Shown here: positions 19,046 through 28,679 of the stretch, in pieces
Layout: the number at the start of each line of letters is the position of its first letter
Position numbering within the stretch: position 1 is the first letter of the stretch
Origin: an uncultured bacterium
Lineage (GTDB): Bacteria > CSSED10-310 > CAZUFC01
DNA length: 64,000 nucleotides
Direction: 5' to 3'
Assembly: GCA_964619725.1 (NCBI GenBank)
Contig: CAZUFC010000024.1
Location: forward strand, 1 to 64,000
The notes under the pieces: model-generated
Told to the model about the DNA's origin: nothing
What the model saw: the letters and a program-made list of their open reading frames with translations, nothing else
Database searches by the model: none
Position numbers and translations under genes: made by a program

Positions 19046-20866
19046 ATGAAAAAACTGATAATCAGGGAGCCCAACGGAAACCGTCGTTCAGTAATATTTT
19101 CCGGTCCCAAGCTGACGATCGGCAGGGATGATACTAATGATGTGGTATTGCTCGATCCGCAGGTATCCCGGCGTCATGCTGCGGTTTATATGGAAAACGG
19201 CGGTTTTTCCATAATCGACCAGCGCAGTTCAAACGGAACGTTCGTGGATAATGAGAAGATCGTCGGGAAGCGTTTTTTAAGAGGCGATGAAACCATAAAG
19301 GTGGCGGATTACGTCATCAGTCTGGCAGTGGAAGATGCGGATGACGATACGAACGGTTTTCGAGGGTCCCGGGCAAAAGTTGAGTCTAAAGCTCAGGAGA
19401 ATGCAATGAAGTCGCAGACGGTCCGGGTTCGAGCTGCTGAAGCGCCTAAATCCGCTCGCGGGGCAAGCCGTCCGGTCAAGCGAAATGAGGTAATGCCTGA
19501 AAAGAGAGGGGGGGGCAGGGGAGTAAAAGAGAAGTCAGAAAAACTGGACCTGAAGCGAGAAAACATTCTAATCGACATAAGGCGTGAGATACACGGGCGA
19601 CTGCTTCAGTATATGGACCTCCGGAAGATGGATTTCAACAAGATGAAGGACCAGCGGTTGAAGAAGGACGTCAAGTCGTTGATGGACGAGATAATCCTGG
19701 AGCTTGACAATGAGATACCATCCTGGGTGGACAGGGAGATTCTGAGCAAGAATGTACTTGATGAAGCGTTGGGATTGGGACCTTTGGAGGATTATCTGGC
19801 AGACGACACTGTGACGGAGATAATGGTGAACAACAAGGATAAAATATACGTGGAGCGTCATGGAAGATTGGAAAAGGTGTCGCGGCGTTTTTCATCGGAT
19901 GAAGCGGTGTTGTCGGTTATCGAACGGATTGTGGGTCCGATAGGGCGACGTATCGACGAGAGTTCTCCATATGTCGACGCGCGATTGAAGGACGGTTCCA
20001 GGGTCAACGCCATCATACCGCCCCTGGCTTTGACCGGACCGACCCTGACGATAAGAAAATTTTCCCGGGAACCTTTCAAGGTGAATGATTTAATATCGTT
20101 CGGTTCTTTGACGGGAGAGATGGCACAATTTCTGGAAGCATGCGTTCGGGCGCGGAAAAACGTAATCATTTCCGGCGGAACGGGATCGGGCAAGACGACG
20201 TTGCTGAATGTCGTTTCTTCTTACATTCCTGAGGGGGAGCGAATAGTAACGATAGAGGATGCGGCGGAATTGAAACTGCCGCAGGAGCATGTGGTTTCCC
20301 TGGAGGCGCGGCCTCCGAACATAGAGGGAAAGGGGGCCATCGTCATTCGGGACCTGGTTAAGAATTCGTTGAGGATGCGACCGGACCGCATAGTGGTGGG
20401 AGAATGTCGAGGAGGCGAGGCGCTGGATATGCTTCAGGCGATGAATACGGGGCACGACGGGTCCATAAGCACCATTCACGCCAATTCGCCTATAGACTCT
20501 TTGAACCGCCTGGAAACGATGGTGTTGATGTCGGGTATGGAATTGCCCAGCCGGGCGATCCGCGAGCAGATATCTGCAGCGATCAACATTATCGTTCAGA
20601 CTGCACGGTACTCAGACGGCACCCGTAAAATTTCCCATATATCCGAGACGCTGGGTTTTGATGAACTGGGCCGCATCAAGGTCGTCGATCTTTTCCGTTT
20701 TTACCAGGAAGGTCTGGATGAAGAGGGCGGAGTTATTGGAACATATTCAGCCACAGGCATCGCCCCGACTTTCATTGACGAATTCCGGTCCAAGGGCATA
20801 CCTTTCGATATGGAGATACTCAACAAAAAAACAGACAGAATCAAGGCGCAGGTCAACCGATCATGA
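19046..20866 (+). CDS. tadA: Tad/Flp pilus ATPase (CpaF/TadA) with N-terminal FHA domain
   Basis: FHA motifs IGR…VSRRHA…S-SNGTFV; GLGPLE…EIMVN; Walker A GGTGSGKTT; LRMRPDRIVVGECRG; MNTGHDGS. Confidence 0.93.
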   Translation: MKKLIIREPNGNRRSVIFSGPKLTIGRDDTNDVVLLDPQVSRRHAAVYMENGGFSIIDQRSSNGTFVDNEKIVGKRFLRGDETIKVADYVISLAVEDADDDTNGFRGSRAKVESKAQENAMKSQTVRVRAAEAPKSARGASRPVKRNEVMPEKRGGGRGVKEKSEKLDLKRENILIDIRREIHGRLLQYMDLRKMDFNKMKDQRLKKDVKSLMDEIILELDNEIPSWVDREILSKNVLDEALGLGPLEDYLADDTVTEIMVNNKDKIYVERHGRLEKVSRRFSSDEAVLSVIERIVGPIGRRIDESSPYVDARLKDGSRVNAIIPPLALTGPTLTIRKFSREPFKVNDLISFGSLTGEMAQFLEACVRARKNVIISGGTGSGKTTLLNVVSSYIPEGERIVTIEDAAELKLPQEHVVSLEARPPNIEGKGAIVIRDLVKNSLRMRPDRIVVGECRGGEALDMLQAMNTGHDGSISTIHANSPIDSLNRLETMVLMSGMELPSRAIREQISAAINIIVQTARYSDGTRKISHISETLGFDELGRIKVVDLFRFYQEGLDEEGGVIGTYSATGIAPTFIDEFRSKGIPFDMEILNKKTDRIKAQVNRS

Positions 20867-21720
20867 TTGAAAATATTCCTCTTGTCGTAAACGCCGTCGT
20901 TTTCGTTTCAGTCGTTCTGTTCATTACTGCAGGATGGAGCGTTTTTAGAAAAGGCTTCAAACGTTATGAAGAGAAATATCTCACCAGGACGGCTCAATCT
21001 CTGGATGAGATGTTTCTGGTATTCACTGCCGAACAGATTCTGTATTTGAACCTGTTATCCGTTTTCGTTTTCGGGGCTCTGATTTTTTTCATATCTGGAA
21101 GCTGGCAGTGGATGATCTTCGGCGCCCTGTTCGGATGGCTCCTTCCCAAGATGATCCTCAGGATAATAAAAAAGAAACGTCTGAAGAATTTCGAAGAGCA
21201 GCTCCTGACGGCTTTATCGACTCTTTCCAGTTCTCTGCGGGCCGGATTCAGCCTGGTCCAGGCCCTGGAAATGATCAGCCGTGAAATGAACCCCCCTATA
21301 TCGCAGGAATTCGGGCTTATGCTGAGAGAAAACAAGCTGGGCGTGCATTTGGATAAGGCACTGCAGAACATGACCGAGAGGGTCAAATCCTCCAATCTTG
21401 ATCTTATGATCACATCGATCATTATCGCCAGATCATCGGGAGGCAATTTAGCTGAAATTTTCGAACGCATTTCCAATACCATTCGGGAAATCAACCGCCT
21501 GGAAGGAAAGATAAACGCTCTAACCGCTCAGGGACGTTTGCAGGGCATCATAATAGGTTTGCTGCCCATCGTCCTGGGTTATATTATTTACCTTTTCGAT
21601 CCTGAAATGATGATGCTTATGTTCAACGATCCCATAGGCTGGGGCATATTAGGCATCATAGTCATTTTTGAGGCGCTGGGAGTCTATTTTATTTGGCGCA
21701 TTATTTCTATAGATATTTAA
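20863..21720 (+). CDS. tadB: TadB-like inner-membrane platform protein (T2SSF family)
   Basis: SSLRAGFSLVQAL…EFG…GGNLAEIFE…ALTAQGRLQG; multiple TMs; overlaps the tadA stop. Confidence 0.9.
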   Translation: MIENIPLVVNAVVFVSVVLFITAGWSVFRKGFKRYEEKYLTRTAQSLDEMFLVFTAEQILYLNLLSVFVFGALIFFISGSWQWMIFGALFGWLLPKMILRIIKKKRLKNFEEQLLTALSTLSSSLRAGFSLVQALEMISREMNPPISQEFGLMLRENKLGVHLDKALQNMTERVKSSNLDLMITSIIIARSSGGNLAEIFERISNTIREINRLEGKINALTAQGRLQGIIIGLLPIVLGYIIYLFDPEMMMLMFNDPIGWGILGIIVIFEALGVYFIWRIISIDI

Positions 21721-21732
21721 GGAAGGACGACG

Positions 21733-22680
21733 ATGATTGATCTTCTGGTAGGCGATACGCGATCTTTACTTTTTTTGATAGCTATTTCTGCTTTCCTGTT
21801 CGGGAGTATTTTTCTGCTGGTGATATCATTCCGCCCGCGTCAACTGCTCCAGGAAATAGATTATGTTCCGGTAAGGTATCGGGGTCATCTCGGCCGTATC
21901 CGGGAAGATTTGAAGAAGAAGAATCCGTTATACCGGATTATGCTTCCTTTGATTTCTTTTCTCGGTTTTTTAATCGACAAGATACCCATGAAAAATTTAA
22001 AGAAAAAACTGGATAAAAAACTCATCATGGCCGGCAATCCCGGCGCTTTTTCTCCTTCTGAATATATGGCAGTCGTCATCATCGTGACCGTGGCTGTGCC
22101 GACAGCGGTTTATTTCATCATGCTTATGCTTTTCGGAAAGGCCCATCCCATAGCCATTTTCGCAGCCTGCCTACTGGGATTCATGTACACCATTATGTGG
22201 TTGAGCGACGCGGTTACGAAACGTTCCCGTTCCATCAACAGGTCCCTGCCGTATACTCTCGATCTGCTCACCCTCTCTATCGAAGCCGGACTTGATTTCA
22301 TCGCAGCGGTGGAGAGGATCGTTACCAAAAAGAAAGAAAGGGGACCTTTGACGGAAGAACTGTTTCAAATGCTGCAGGAATTGAAAATGGGCAAAACCAG
22401 AAGAGAAGCTTTACGCGACATGAGCGCCCGGGTTAACCTGGAGAACCTTAATTCCGTGGTCAGCGCTCTGATACAGGCCGATCAGTTGGGATCGAGTCTA
22501 GGACCTGTATTGAGGATTCAATCGGAAATGCTTCGGTTGCGTCGTTCGCAGAGAGCGGAAAAACTTGCCATGGAAGCGCCCGTAAAAATGACTTTCCCAT
22601 TGCTCCTGATATTCACCAGCGTTTTTCTTTTATTATTCGGGCCGATTATCATAAAATTCATCAGAGGAGGAATTTTCTAA
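21733..22680 (+). CDS. tadC: TadC-like inner-membrane platform protein
   Basis: LPYTLDLLTLSIEAGLDF…GKTRREAL…LIQADQLGSSLGPVLR…AEKLAMEAPVKMTFPL. Confidence 0.92.
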   Translation: MIDLLVGDTRSLLFLIAISAFLFGSIFLLVISFRPRQLLQEIDYVPVRYRGHLGRIREDLKKKNPLYRIMLPLISFLGFLIDKIPMKNLKKKLDKKLIMAGNPGAFSPSEYMAVVIIVTVAVPTAVYFIMLMLFGKAHPIAIFAACLLGFMYTIMWLSDAVTKRSRSINRSLPYTLDLLTLSIEAGLDFIAAVERIVTKKKERGPLTEELFQMLQELKMGKTRREALRDMSARVNLENLNSVVSALIQADQLGSSLGPVLRIQSEMLRLRRSQRAEKLAMEAPVKMTFPLLLIFTSVFLLLFGPIIIKFIRGGIF

Positions 22681-22685
22681 CGGAA

Positions 22686-23936
22686 ATGAGAGCTAAACTG
22701 ATCATTATTGAAGGAGCCAATCCGGGCGCTGATTTCACGCTTAATTATCCTCAAATTCGTATCGGCCGTTCCGTCGATTCTGAGATAATATTGAACGACA
22801 AGACCGTTTCCAGGGTTCATGCCGTCATCAGTCAGAGTGAGAACGGGTGGGAAATCAGAGACAACGACAGTCAAAACGGCACTTTCGTAGGCGATGAGAG
22901 AATCGAAGAGGCGCCGTTGGATGACGGAGACGAAATAAAGATCGGCGCCACAGTTTTTCAATTCCAGTTGATAAAAGAGAAGGGGGCTCGGAACTTATTC
23001 GGAGGCAAGGGCAAATCGGGCGATTTAGGCGAGAAATGGGGTAATGCGGACCAGAAGAGGAAGGGGCTGTTGCCTTCCCGACCGGTATTAATCACTTTTT
23101 TTCTTATATGTATTGTTCTGGCGCCTTTATTTATATGGAAAGAATTCATTGTGAAGCCGGAGGTTGATGCCAAGCCGCTGTTGTTGCCGTATCAGTTTTC
23201 GGTAGGATATATGCCGAAGGGGGACCAGGGTCACAGGAATCATGCGGAGTTGATTTTCAGCGCGGAAACGGAGGACCTGGAATTGTGGTTCAAGGTATGG
23301 GATGTGGACGATGAGGATGAGTTGGATATTCTTCTTAACGGTGAGAAGATAGCGGATGTGGAGACGACGGGTAGCGGCAACTGGAGCGGCGAGCGTCATA
23401 TCCGTCTGCCTTCGGGATTAATCAACGTGGGAAGGGACAACTCGGTCGTTTTCGATAATTATTACAATCCGCCGAAGAGTCAATTCTGGGGAGTAAGCGA
23501 TATACGTGTGGTGCCGGTTACTGCTTTCGAATGCAATACGGAAGCGGCGCAGGATGCTTATGAAGTGGGAAAAGCGCTTTTCGATTCATATAAAATACGA
23601 CCGCGGAACCTGTTCGATTCGATGAAAAAACTCGAGGCTTCGCTGAACTATATGAAAAACTGTGGGGATAAACCTCCGTTTTACATTGAAGTTCAGGAGC
23701 TTCATCAGGAAGTAAAAAGCAAGTTGGATACGGAGATTAAGAATCTGTTTTTTACGGCGGCCAAGAATCGGCATTTGAAAAGATTCGATGAAGCGGAGAC
23801 CGCTCTTTTGAAGATCATGGCGATGATTCCTTCGCCCAATTCGGAGGAGTACGTGCGCGCCAACCGGGAACTGATAAGGTTGAGGGGGACTATGCGCAAG
23901 TCAAGAAAGAAGGGCGGGAGTTCCGTATTGCCGTAA
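22686..23936 (+). CDS. FHA-domain membrane protein with periplasmic beta-sandwich and helical domain
   Basis: IGRS…VSRVHA…SQNGTFV FHA motif; TM at about residues 133-150. Confidence 0.8.
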   Translation: MRAKLIIIEGANPGADFTLNYPQIRIGRSVDSEIILNDKTVSRVHAVISQSENGWEIRDNDSQNGTFVGDERIEEAPLDDGDEIKIGATVFQFQLIKEKGARNLFGGKGKSGDLGEKWGNADQKRKGLLPSRPVLITFFLICIVLAPLFIWKEFIVKPEVDAKPLLLPYQFSVGYMPKGDQGHRNHAELIFSAETEDLELWFKVWDVDDEDELDILLNGEKIADVETTGSGNWSGERHIRLPSGLINVGRDNSVVFDNYYNPPKSQFWGVSDIRVVPVTAFECNTEAAQDAYEVGKALFDSYKIRPRNLFDSMKKLEASLNYMKNCGDKPPFYIEVQELHQEVKSKLDTEIKNLFFTAAKNRHLKRFDEAETALLKIMAMIPSPNSEEYVRANRELIRLRGTMRKSRKKGGSSVLP

Positions 23937-24012
23937 GTGGTCCGGAGGAATCAGGCCGGGAACGGTTTGAAGTTTTGAACAGACATTAAAAAAGGAGACA
24001 GGCGAAAGATCA

Positions 24013-26433
24013 ATGGCGGGATTATTGTTTATATCAGATTCGCAGGATTCCAGAGAATATATAATCGAAAGCGACGCAACGAGCATAGGAAGCGACGAAG
24101 CGAATGCGCTGGTATTGAAGGGAGAAGGTGTCGCTCCTTTTCATTCCGAGATTCGGAAAGAAGACGCTCGATATATATTGCATGCCACCGACGAGGAAGC
24201 CTCTACTTACGTCAATGCTATCCGCACGGAAGAATGCGAATTGACGGACGGCGATCAGATACAGATCGGAGCGCACATATTCCTGTTTCAAAGCGAACTT
24301 GATAATGAAAAAGCAGGCGCCCCTCCAGCCAATGTTTTTGATGCTGAAAAGACTATCGCTCAATTGGACGACGCTCCTTTAGCGGAACCGCGCGGAAAAC
24401 TGACGGTATTTCAGGCGGGTTCTCTGGTGAACGAATTGTATTTATATGACGAGCCTGTGTTTTTGGGGCGTGAGGATACGAACCAGCTTGTTCTGCCGGA
24501 CAAGAATATCAGCCGCCGCCATGCCAAGGTGCTGCCCGTTGAAAGCGGTTATGCGGTGATTGATCTGGACAGCAGCAACGGTACCTTCGTCAACCGGCGA
24601 CGGATATACGAAAGGACGGCGCTGGAATCGAACGATGAGATTCGTGTAGGTGGTTATGACGTTTTATTTCAAATGCTGGATCAGGCCGTTTCCGGAGAAC
24701 GAACGGTGGTTGCGGATGAGGCGATTGAAGATGAAAATACGATTGCAGTTGAGACGGAAGAAGAGTTGCAGGCGGTTATTGAACGGCAGTATCCCAAACT
24801 GATCGTCATCAGCGAAAATAATTATGGTACCGAATACGAATTAAGAGAGTCTTTCATGACTATCGGCCGAGCAAGGGGAAACCATATCGTTATAGCCGAC
24901 GATTCCATATCGCGGGAGCACGCTGCTTTAAGAATCTCCGGGGAAAAGGTCAAAGTCGATGATATGGGCAGTACGAACGGCATCCTGGTGAACGGGCAGC
25001 AGAAAGAATCGGCTGTGTTGAATCCGAATGATGTTCTGACTGTGGGAGATATACACCTCCAATATGCTGCCCCGGGCGCTGCTTTTCAGTTGCGGGATGC
25101 CGGGGATACAGTTGATCTGACTGATCAGGATAAAAGCCGGCGAAAAAAGAAACTTTCTTCAAGTATGCCGAAGCTCCTCATTTTCGCAGCGTTGATCGTA
25201 GTGGCTGCGGGTTTCATCGGGGCTGCTCTTTTTCGTTATATAGGAGGACCGTCCGGCGGATCGTCACGCAACACCAGCGGAAAAAGCGGCCTGTCCTTGA
25301 GTGAAAGTAAGAACGCGGTCATCGATCCTGAAGCCGCCAATATAAATCTTTATCAAACCATGACCCAGGGCCGGCAATTCCTGGACCAATATCAATGGAA
25401 TGCTGCAATTCAGGAATTCGATAAGGTCCTGGCCGCACAACCGGATAATGCTGAAGCCGTTGAATTAAGGAATAACGCTGTCGCTGAAAAAGAATACCTT
25501 CAAAAACTCGATTTCGCCATCGCCAGGTTCGACAGCGGGCAGGATAACGCAGCCCGGGAACTGTTCGAAGTAATTCCTGAAAAAAGCGTCTATTATTCCA
25601 GGGCCCGGGAATACATCGAGAGCATGAATGAATCCGCTGCAGCAGAATATCTCGACAGCGGCCTGGCTTTGATGAGAAGAGGAAATTACGGGCAGGCCGT
25701 CAACCGTTTCGATGCCGCTCTCGATATTGATCCCGGCAATCAGGAAGCATTGAGCGCCAGGAGAAGAGCTCTTCAGGCATTGAACGCTCCCCAAATCGAA
25801 AAACCCAAACGCGATCCCGGCGCGCTCAGAAGAAAAGCGGAGGCGCTTGTCGATCAAGCCATAAACGCTTATGTTGAAGGAGAACCTGAAAAAGCGGAAA
25901 ACCGCCTTAACGGAGTCATGGCCCTGGACCTGAATCCCGGCGATCAAATCGTCAGAGAAGCCCAGACGCTATTGAGCAGAATTAAACAGGTCAAATCACA
26001 TTTTCAGGCCGGAAAAAACGCTTTTCAGCGGAATGAAAATGAAAAAGGCCTGAACGATTACCTGAACGTAATAGAAATAGACAGGCAAATCACCGATAAG
26101 AAAAACAGCTACTATTATACGGAAGTTAAAGGAACCGCTGTTGAAGAATTGTTGAATCAGGGTCGCGCATATGAAGATTCTCAACAATTCTGCAAGGCGT
26201 TCAGAAATTACCGGGAAATCTTAAAAATCGATCCGGACAACTGGAAGGCCGAGAAATATATTGAAGCCATCGAGAAGAAAGCGATTGACATCTACAGGGT
26301 CGGTTATAGTCAGCAGGATTTCAATCCGCGTCTCACAGCTAGCCGGTATAAGGAAGTTATGAATCTGCTGTGCCCCGAACACGAATATTATAAAAAGGCG
26401 CAGCAGGGTATCGAAGAAATTATGAACAGGTGA
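24013..26433 (+). CDS. Triple-FHA, TM and periplasmic TPR protein
   Basis: One degenerate and two canonical FHA domains (LGR…ISRRHA…SSNGTFVN; IGR…ISREHA…STNG); TM; TPR helices. Confidence 0.85.
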   Translation: MAGLLFISDSQDSREYIIESDATSIGSDEANALVLKGEGVAPFHSEIRKEDARYILHATDEEASTYVNAIRTEECELTDGDQIQIGAHIFLFQSELDNEKAGAPPANVFDAEKTIAQLDDAPLAEPRGKLTVFQAGSLVNELYLYDEPVFLGREDTNQLVLPDKNISRRHAKVLPVESGYAVIDLDSSNGTFVNRRRIYERTALESNDEIRVGGYDVLFQMLDQAVSGERTVVADEAIEDENTIAVETEEELQAVIERQYPKLIVISENNYGTEYELRESFMTIGRARGNHIVIADDSISREHAALRISGEKVKVDDMGSTNGILVNGQQKESAVLNPNDVLTVGDIHLQYAAPGAAFQLRDAGDTVDLTDQDKSRRKKKLSSSMPKLLIFAALIVVAAGFIGAALFRYIGGPSGGSSRNTSGKSGLSLSESKNAVIDPEAANINLYQTMTQGRQFLDQYQWNAAIQEFDKVLAAQPDNAEAVELRNNAVAEKEYLQKLDFAIARFDSGQDNAARELFEVIPEKSVYYSRAREYIESMNESAAAEYLDSGLALMRRGNYGQAVNRFDAALDIDPGNQEALSARRRALQALNAPQIEKPKRDPGALRRKAEALVDQAINAYVEGEPEKAENRLNGVMALDLNPGDQIVREAQTLLSRIKQVKSHFQAGKNAFQRNENEKGLNDYLNVIEIDRQITDKKNSYYYTEVKGTAVEELLNQGRAYEDSQQFCKAFRNYREILKIDPDNWKAEKYIEAIEKKAIDIYRVGYSQQDFNPRLTASRYKEVMNLLCPEHEYYKKAQQGIEEIMNR

Positions 26434-26480
26434 CGAGCGGAGCTTCCGTCGCAGGTTTGAAAAGTCAAGAGGCCGGCATT

Positions 26481-27464
26481 ATGAGTGAAAAAATCGACAG
26501 CATCAAACTCATGAAAATGAGCAATATTTTATTGATTTTATTGATTTTGGTTATTTCGGCATGCAGGCATAAGACTCCCGGTCCTTATGATGGGGAAGGC
26601 ATGGCCCCGGATGAAAAAGAACTCGTTAAAGAAGTTACCGATAATCCTGACGACTATGAAGCTCATTACAGGCTGGGCTGTTTTTATATGGATAACGGTC
26701 GCCCGACAGACGCGATAGAAGAATTCAACGCGGCGCTCTTTTTGAATCCGAATTCATTCAAATCCTGGTTCAGGTTGGGTTATGCCAAAATGCTTCAGTC
26801 CCGTTTTTACGATGCCGTCATGCCCCTGGAAAATGCTGTCGCCCTGTCGCCCGATTCCACAATAGCCCGAAATAATCTGGGTTACGTATACATCCAGATT
26901 GGAGAATTCGGTAAGGCGGAAGATCAGTTTAATGCTGTATTGAGCATAGAACCCGATTCTCCGGAAGCTCACAGGAATTTGGCCGTCATCTATACGCACT
27001 TCAATAAAAACCTGGAAAAAGCGCTTCATCACAACCGGGAATTCGTTAAACTTGCCCCCGACGATCCTAGGACTCCCAGGCTGAAACAGTGGATTCTGTC
27101 AAAGGAAAAACTTGTGGAGGAACCTCCAGAACCTTATTCCGGAGAGCCGTCCGAAGCTGCAGAGCAGCAGATGGCTTTGGCGTCCAAACATTACGCCGAC
27201 GGCCTGGATGCTCTGAAGGCAGGGCGTGACAGAGATGCTTACCGTTATTTTATGATGGCCCTGGCTGAGAATCCCTGGCATGAAGAAGCAAACTATAAAA
27301 TGGCTGAATTTTATGCGTCCAAAAATCCGCCTGCTCCTGCTGCAGCCTTGCAATGCATCCGCAGAGCGTTGACTATGGCTCCCGATTCCGAAAGATACAA
27401 AGAATTGGAAGAGAAAATACTGGAACTGGTAGAAGAAAAAGCGGCAAAAAGCAAATCGAATTAA
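26481..27464 (+). CDS. TPR-repeat lipoprotein (TadD-like position)
   Basis: Lipobox ISA-C; several TPR motifs (AHYRLG…, ARNNLGYVY…). Start uncertain (26481/26511/26518). Confidence 0.75.
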   Translation: MSEKIDSIKLMKMSNILLILLILVISACRHKTPGPYDGEGMAPDEKELVKEVTDNPDDYEAHYRLGCFYMDNGRPTDAIEEFNAALFLNPNSFKSWFRLGYAKMLQSRFYDAVMPLENAVALSPDSTIARNNLGYVYIQIGEFGKAEDQFNAVLSIEPDSPEAHRNLAVIYTHFNKNLEKALHHNREFVKLAPDDPRTPRLKQWILSKEKLVEEPPEPYSGEPSEAAEQQMALASKHYADGLDALKAGRDRDAYRYFMMALAENPWHEEANYKMAEFYASKNPPAPAAALQCIRRALTMAPDSERYKELEEKILELVEEKAAKSKSN

Positions 27465-27572
27465 ATCATAACACCTGTTGCAGGAAAGTATAAAAACATT
27501 TTTTGACTCTAAGTCCGATACGCATGAAACGGAGGATGCGTTCATCGGGGATTTCTTTCCGATAAATTTTGC

Positions 27573-27601
27573 TTGACAGTATTTTTTCTTTTATCTATAT
27601 T
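27573..27601 (+). promoter_or_regulatory. Putative sigma70 promoter of rplM-rpsI
   Basis: TTGACA, 17-bp spacer, TATATT. Confidence 0.6.
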
Positions 27602-27651
27602 GTGCAATTCGACATCACTGGAACAGATGTCGGTAAAGGAGCGAGCGAGGT

Positions 27652-28122
27652 ATGAAAACCTATACGGCAAAGAAGGAAGAAATACAGCGACAATGGTTCG
27701 TTATCGATGCTTCAAGCGTTCCGTTGGGACGTTTGGCTTCTATGGCGGCCTACATTCTTCGCGGAAAGCACAAACCTGAATATACGCCTCACATCGATAC
27801 AGGCGACCATGTAATAGTTACAAATTCGGAGAAGGTGAAGATCACCGGAAAGAAACTTAGCGATAAATTTTATTATCGTCATACAGGATATCCGGGCGGC
27901 ATCCGTAAAAAACATTTGGGACTTTTGATGGAGGAAAGCCCTGAAAAAGTAGTCAAGAATGCAGTACGAGGCATGCTTCCCAAAAATATTTTAGGACGAA
28001 ATATGCTGAAAAAATTGAAGGTATATAAAGGATCGGAGCATCCGCATGCCGCTCAGAAACCCATTCCTGTCGATTACGATCAAAAGCGAATGAATTTGGG
28101 AATGGAAGACAAGGAGGAATAA
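27652..28122 (+). CDS. rplM: 50S ribosomal protein L13
   Basis: WFVIDA…LGRLAS…[17 protein letters not shown]…RHTGYPGG…GMLPKN. Confidence 0.98.
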   Translation: MKTYTAKKEEIQRQWFVIDASSVPLGRLASMAAYILRGKHKPEYTPHIDTGDHVIVTNSEKVKITGKKLSDKFYYRHTGYPGGIRKKHLGLLMEESPEKVVKNAVRGMLPKNILGRNMLKKLKVYKGSEHPHAAQKPIPVDYDQKRMNLGMEDKEE

Positions 28123-28126
28123 TCGC

Positions 28127-28522
28127 GTGGACAGGACCGACAGATACTATGGAACGGGACGAAGGAAATCGTCCGTCGCTCGAGTATGGTTAAAGCCCGG
28201 AACAGGGCGTATGCTTATCAATAACCGTGATGCTGATAATTATTTCCCGCGAGAAACGCTTCGCATGATCATTTCTTATCCTTTTGAGTTGACTCAGACG
28301 GTAGGAAAATTCGATTTGCAGGTGAACGTTAACGGCGGCGGCGATTCCGGTCAGGCCGGCGCTATACGTCACGGCATTTCGCGGGCGTTGCTCAATTACA
28401 ACAACGGATTCCGCTCTATACTGAAAAAGAATGGTCTTTTGACGAGAGACCCGCGAGCTGTGGAACGGAAAAAATACGGTCAGCGGGGAGCTCGGGCGAG
28501 ATTCCAGTTTTCCAAACGATAA
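28127..28522 (+). CDS. rpsI: 30S ribosomal protein S9
   Basis: [13 protein letters not shown]…[14 protein letters not shown]…ERKKYG…FQFSKR. Confidence 0.98.
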   Translation: MDRTDRYYGTGRRKSSVARVWLKPGTGRMLINNRDADNYFPRETLRMIISYPFELTQTVGKFDLQVNVNGGGDSGQAGAIRHGISRALLNYNNGFRSILKKNGLLTRDPRAVERKKYGQRGARARFQFSKR

Positions 28523-28529
28523 ATTTATC

Positions 28530-28575
28530 GGACAATTCTTTCCGAATTTGTCGGCAAAAGAGTTGTCCTTTTTCT
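28530..28575 (+). terminator. Putative intrinsic terminator after rpsI
   Basis: GGACAATTCTTT…AAAAGAGTTGTCC hairpin followed by a T-run. Confidence 0.55.
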
Positions 28576-28579
28576 TATT

Positions 28580-28672
28580 TCACAAATTCGCCGTCCCGCG
28601 AAACGGTGCTTGAACGGAGCGAGAGGCGCGGAGCCAGGCGGCGGGTTGAGGTATTAACCGTGCATCAGGAGG
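28580..28672 (+). promoter_or_regulatory. Probable rpsB (S2) autoregulatory leader RNA
   Basis: Structured GC-rich 5' UTR with CAC…GGTGC…GAGG-TATTAACC elements similar to known S2 leaders. Confidence 0.5.
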
Positions 28673-28679
28673 AAACTCT

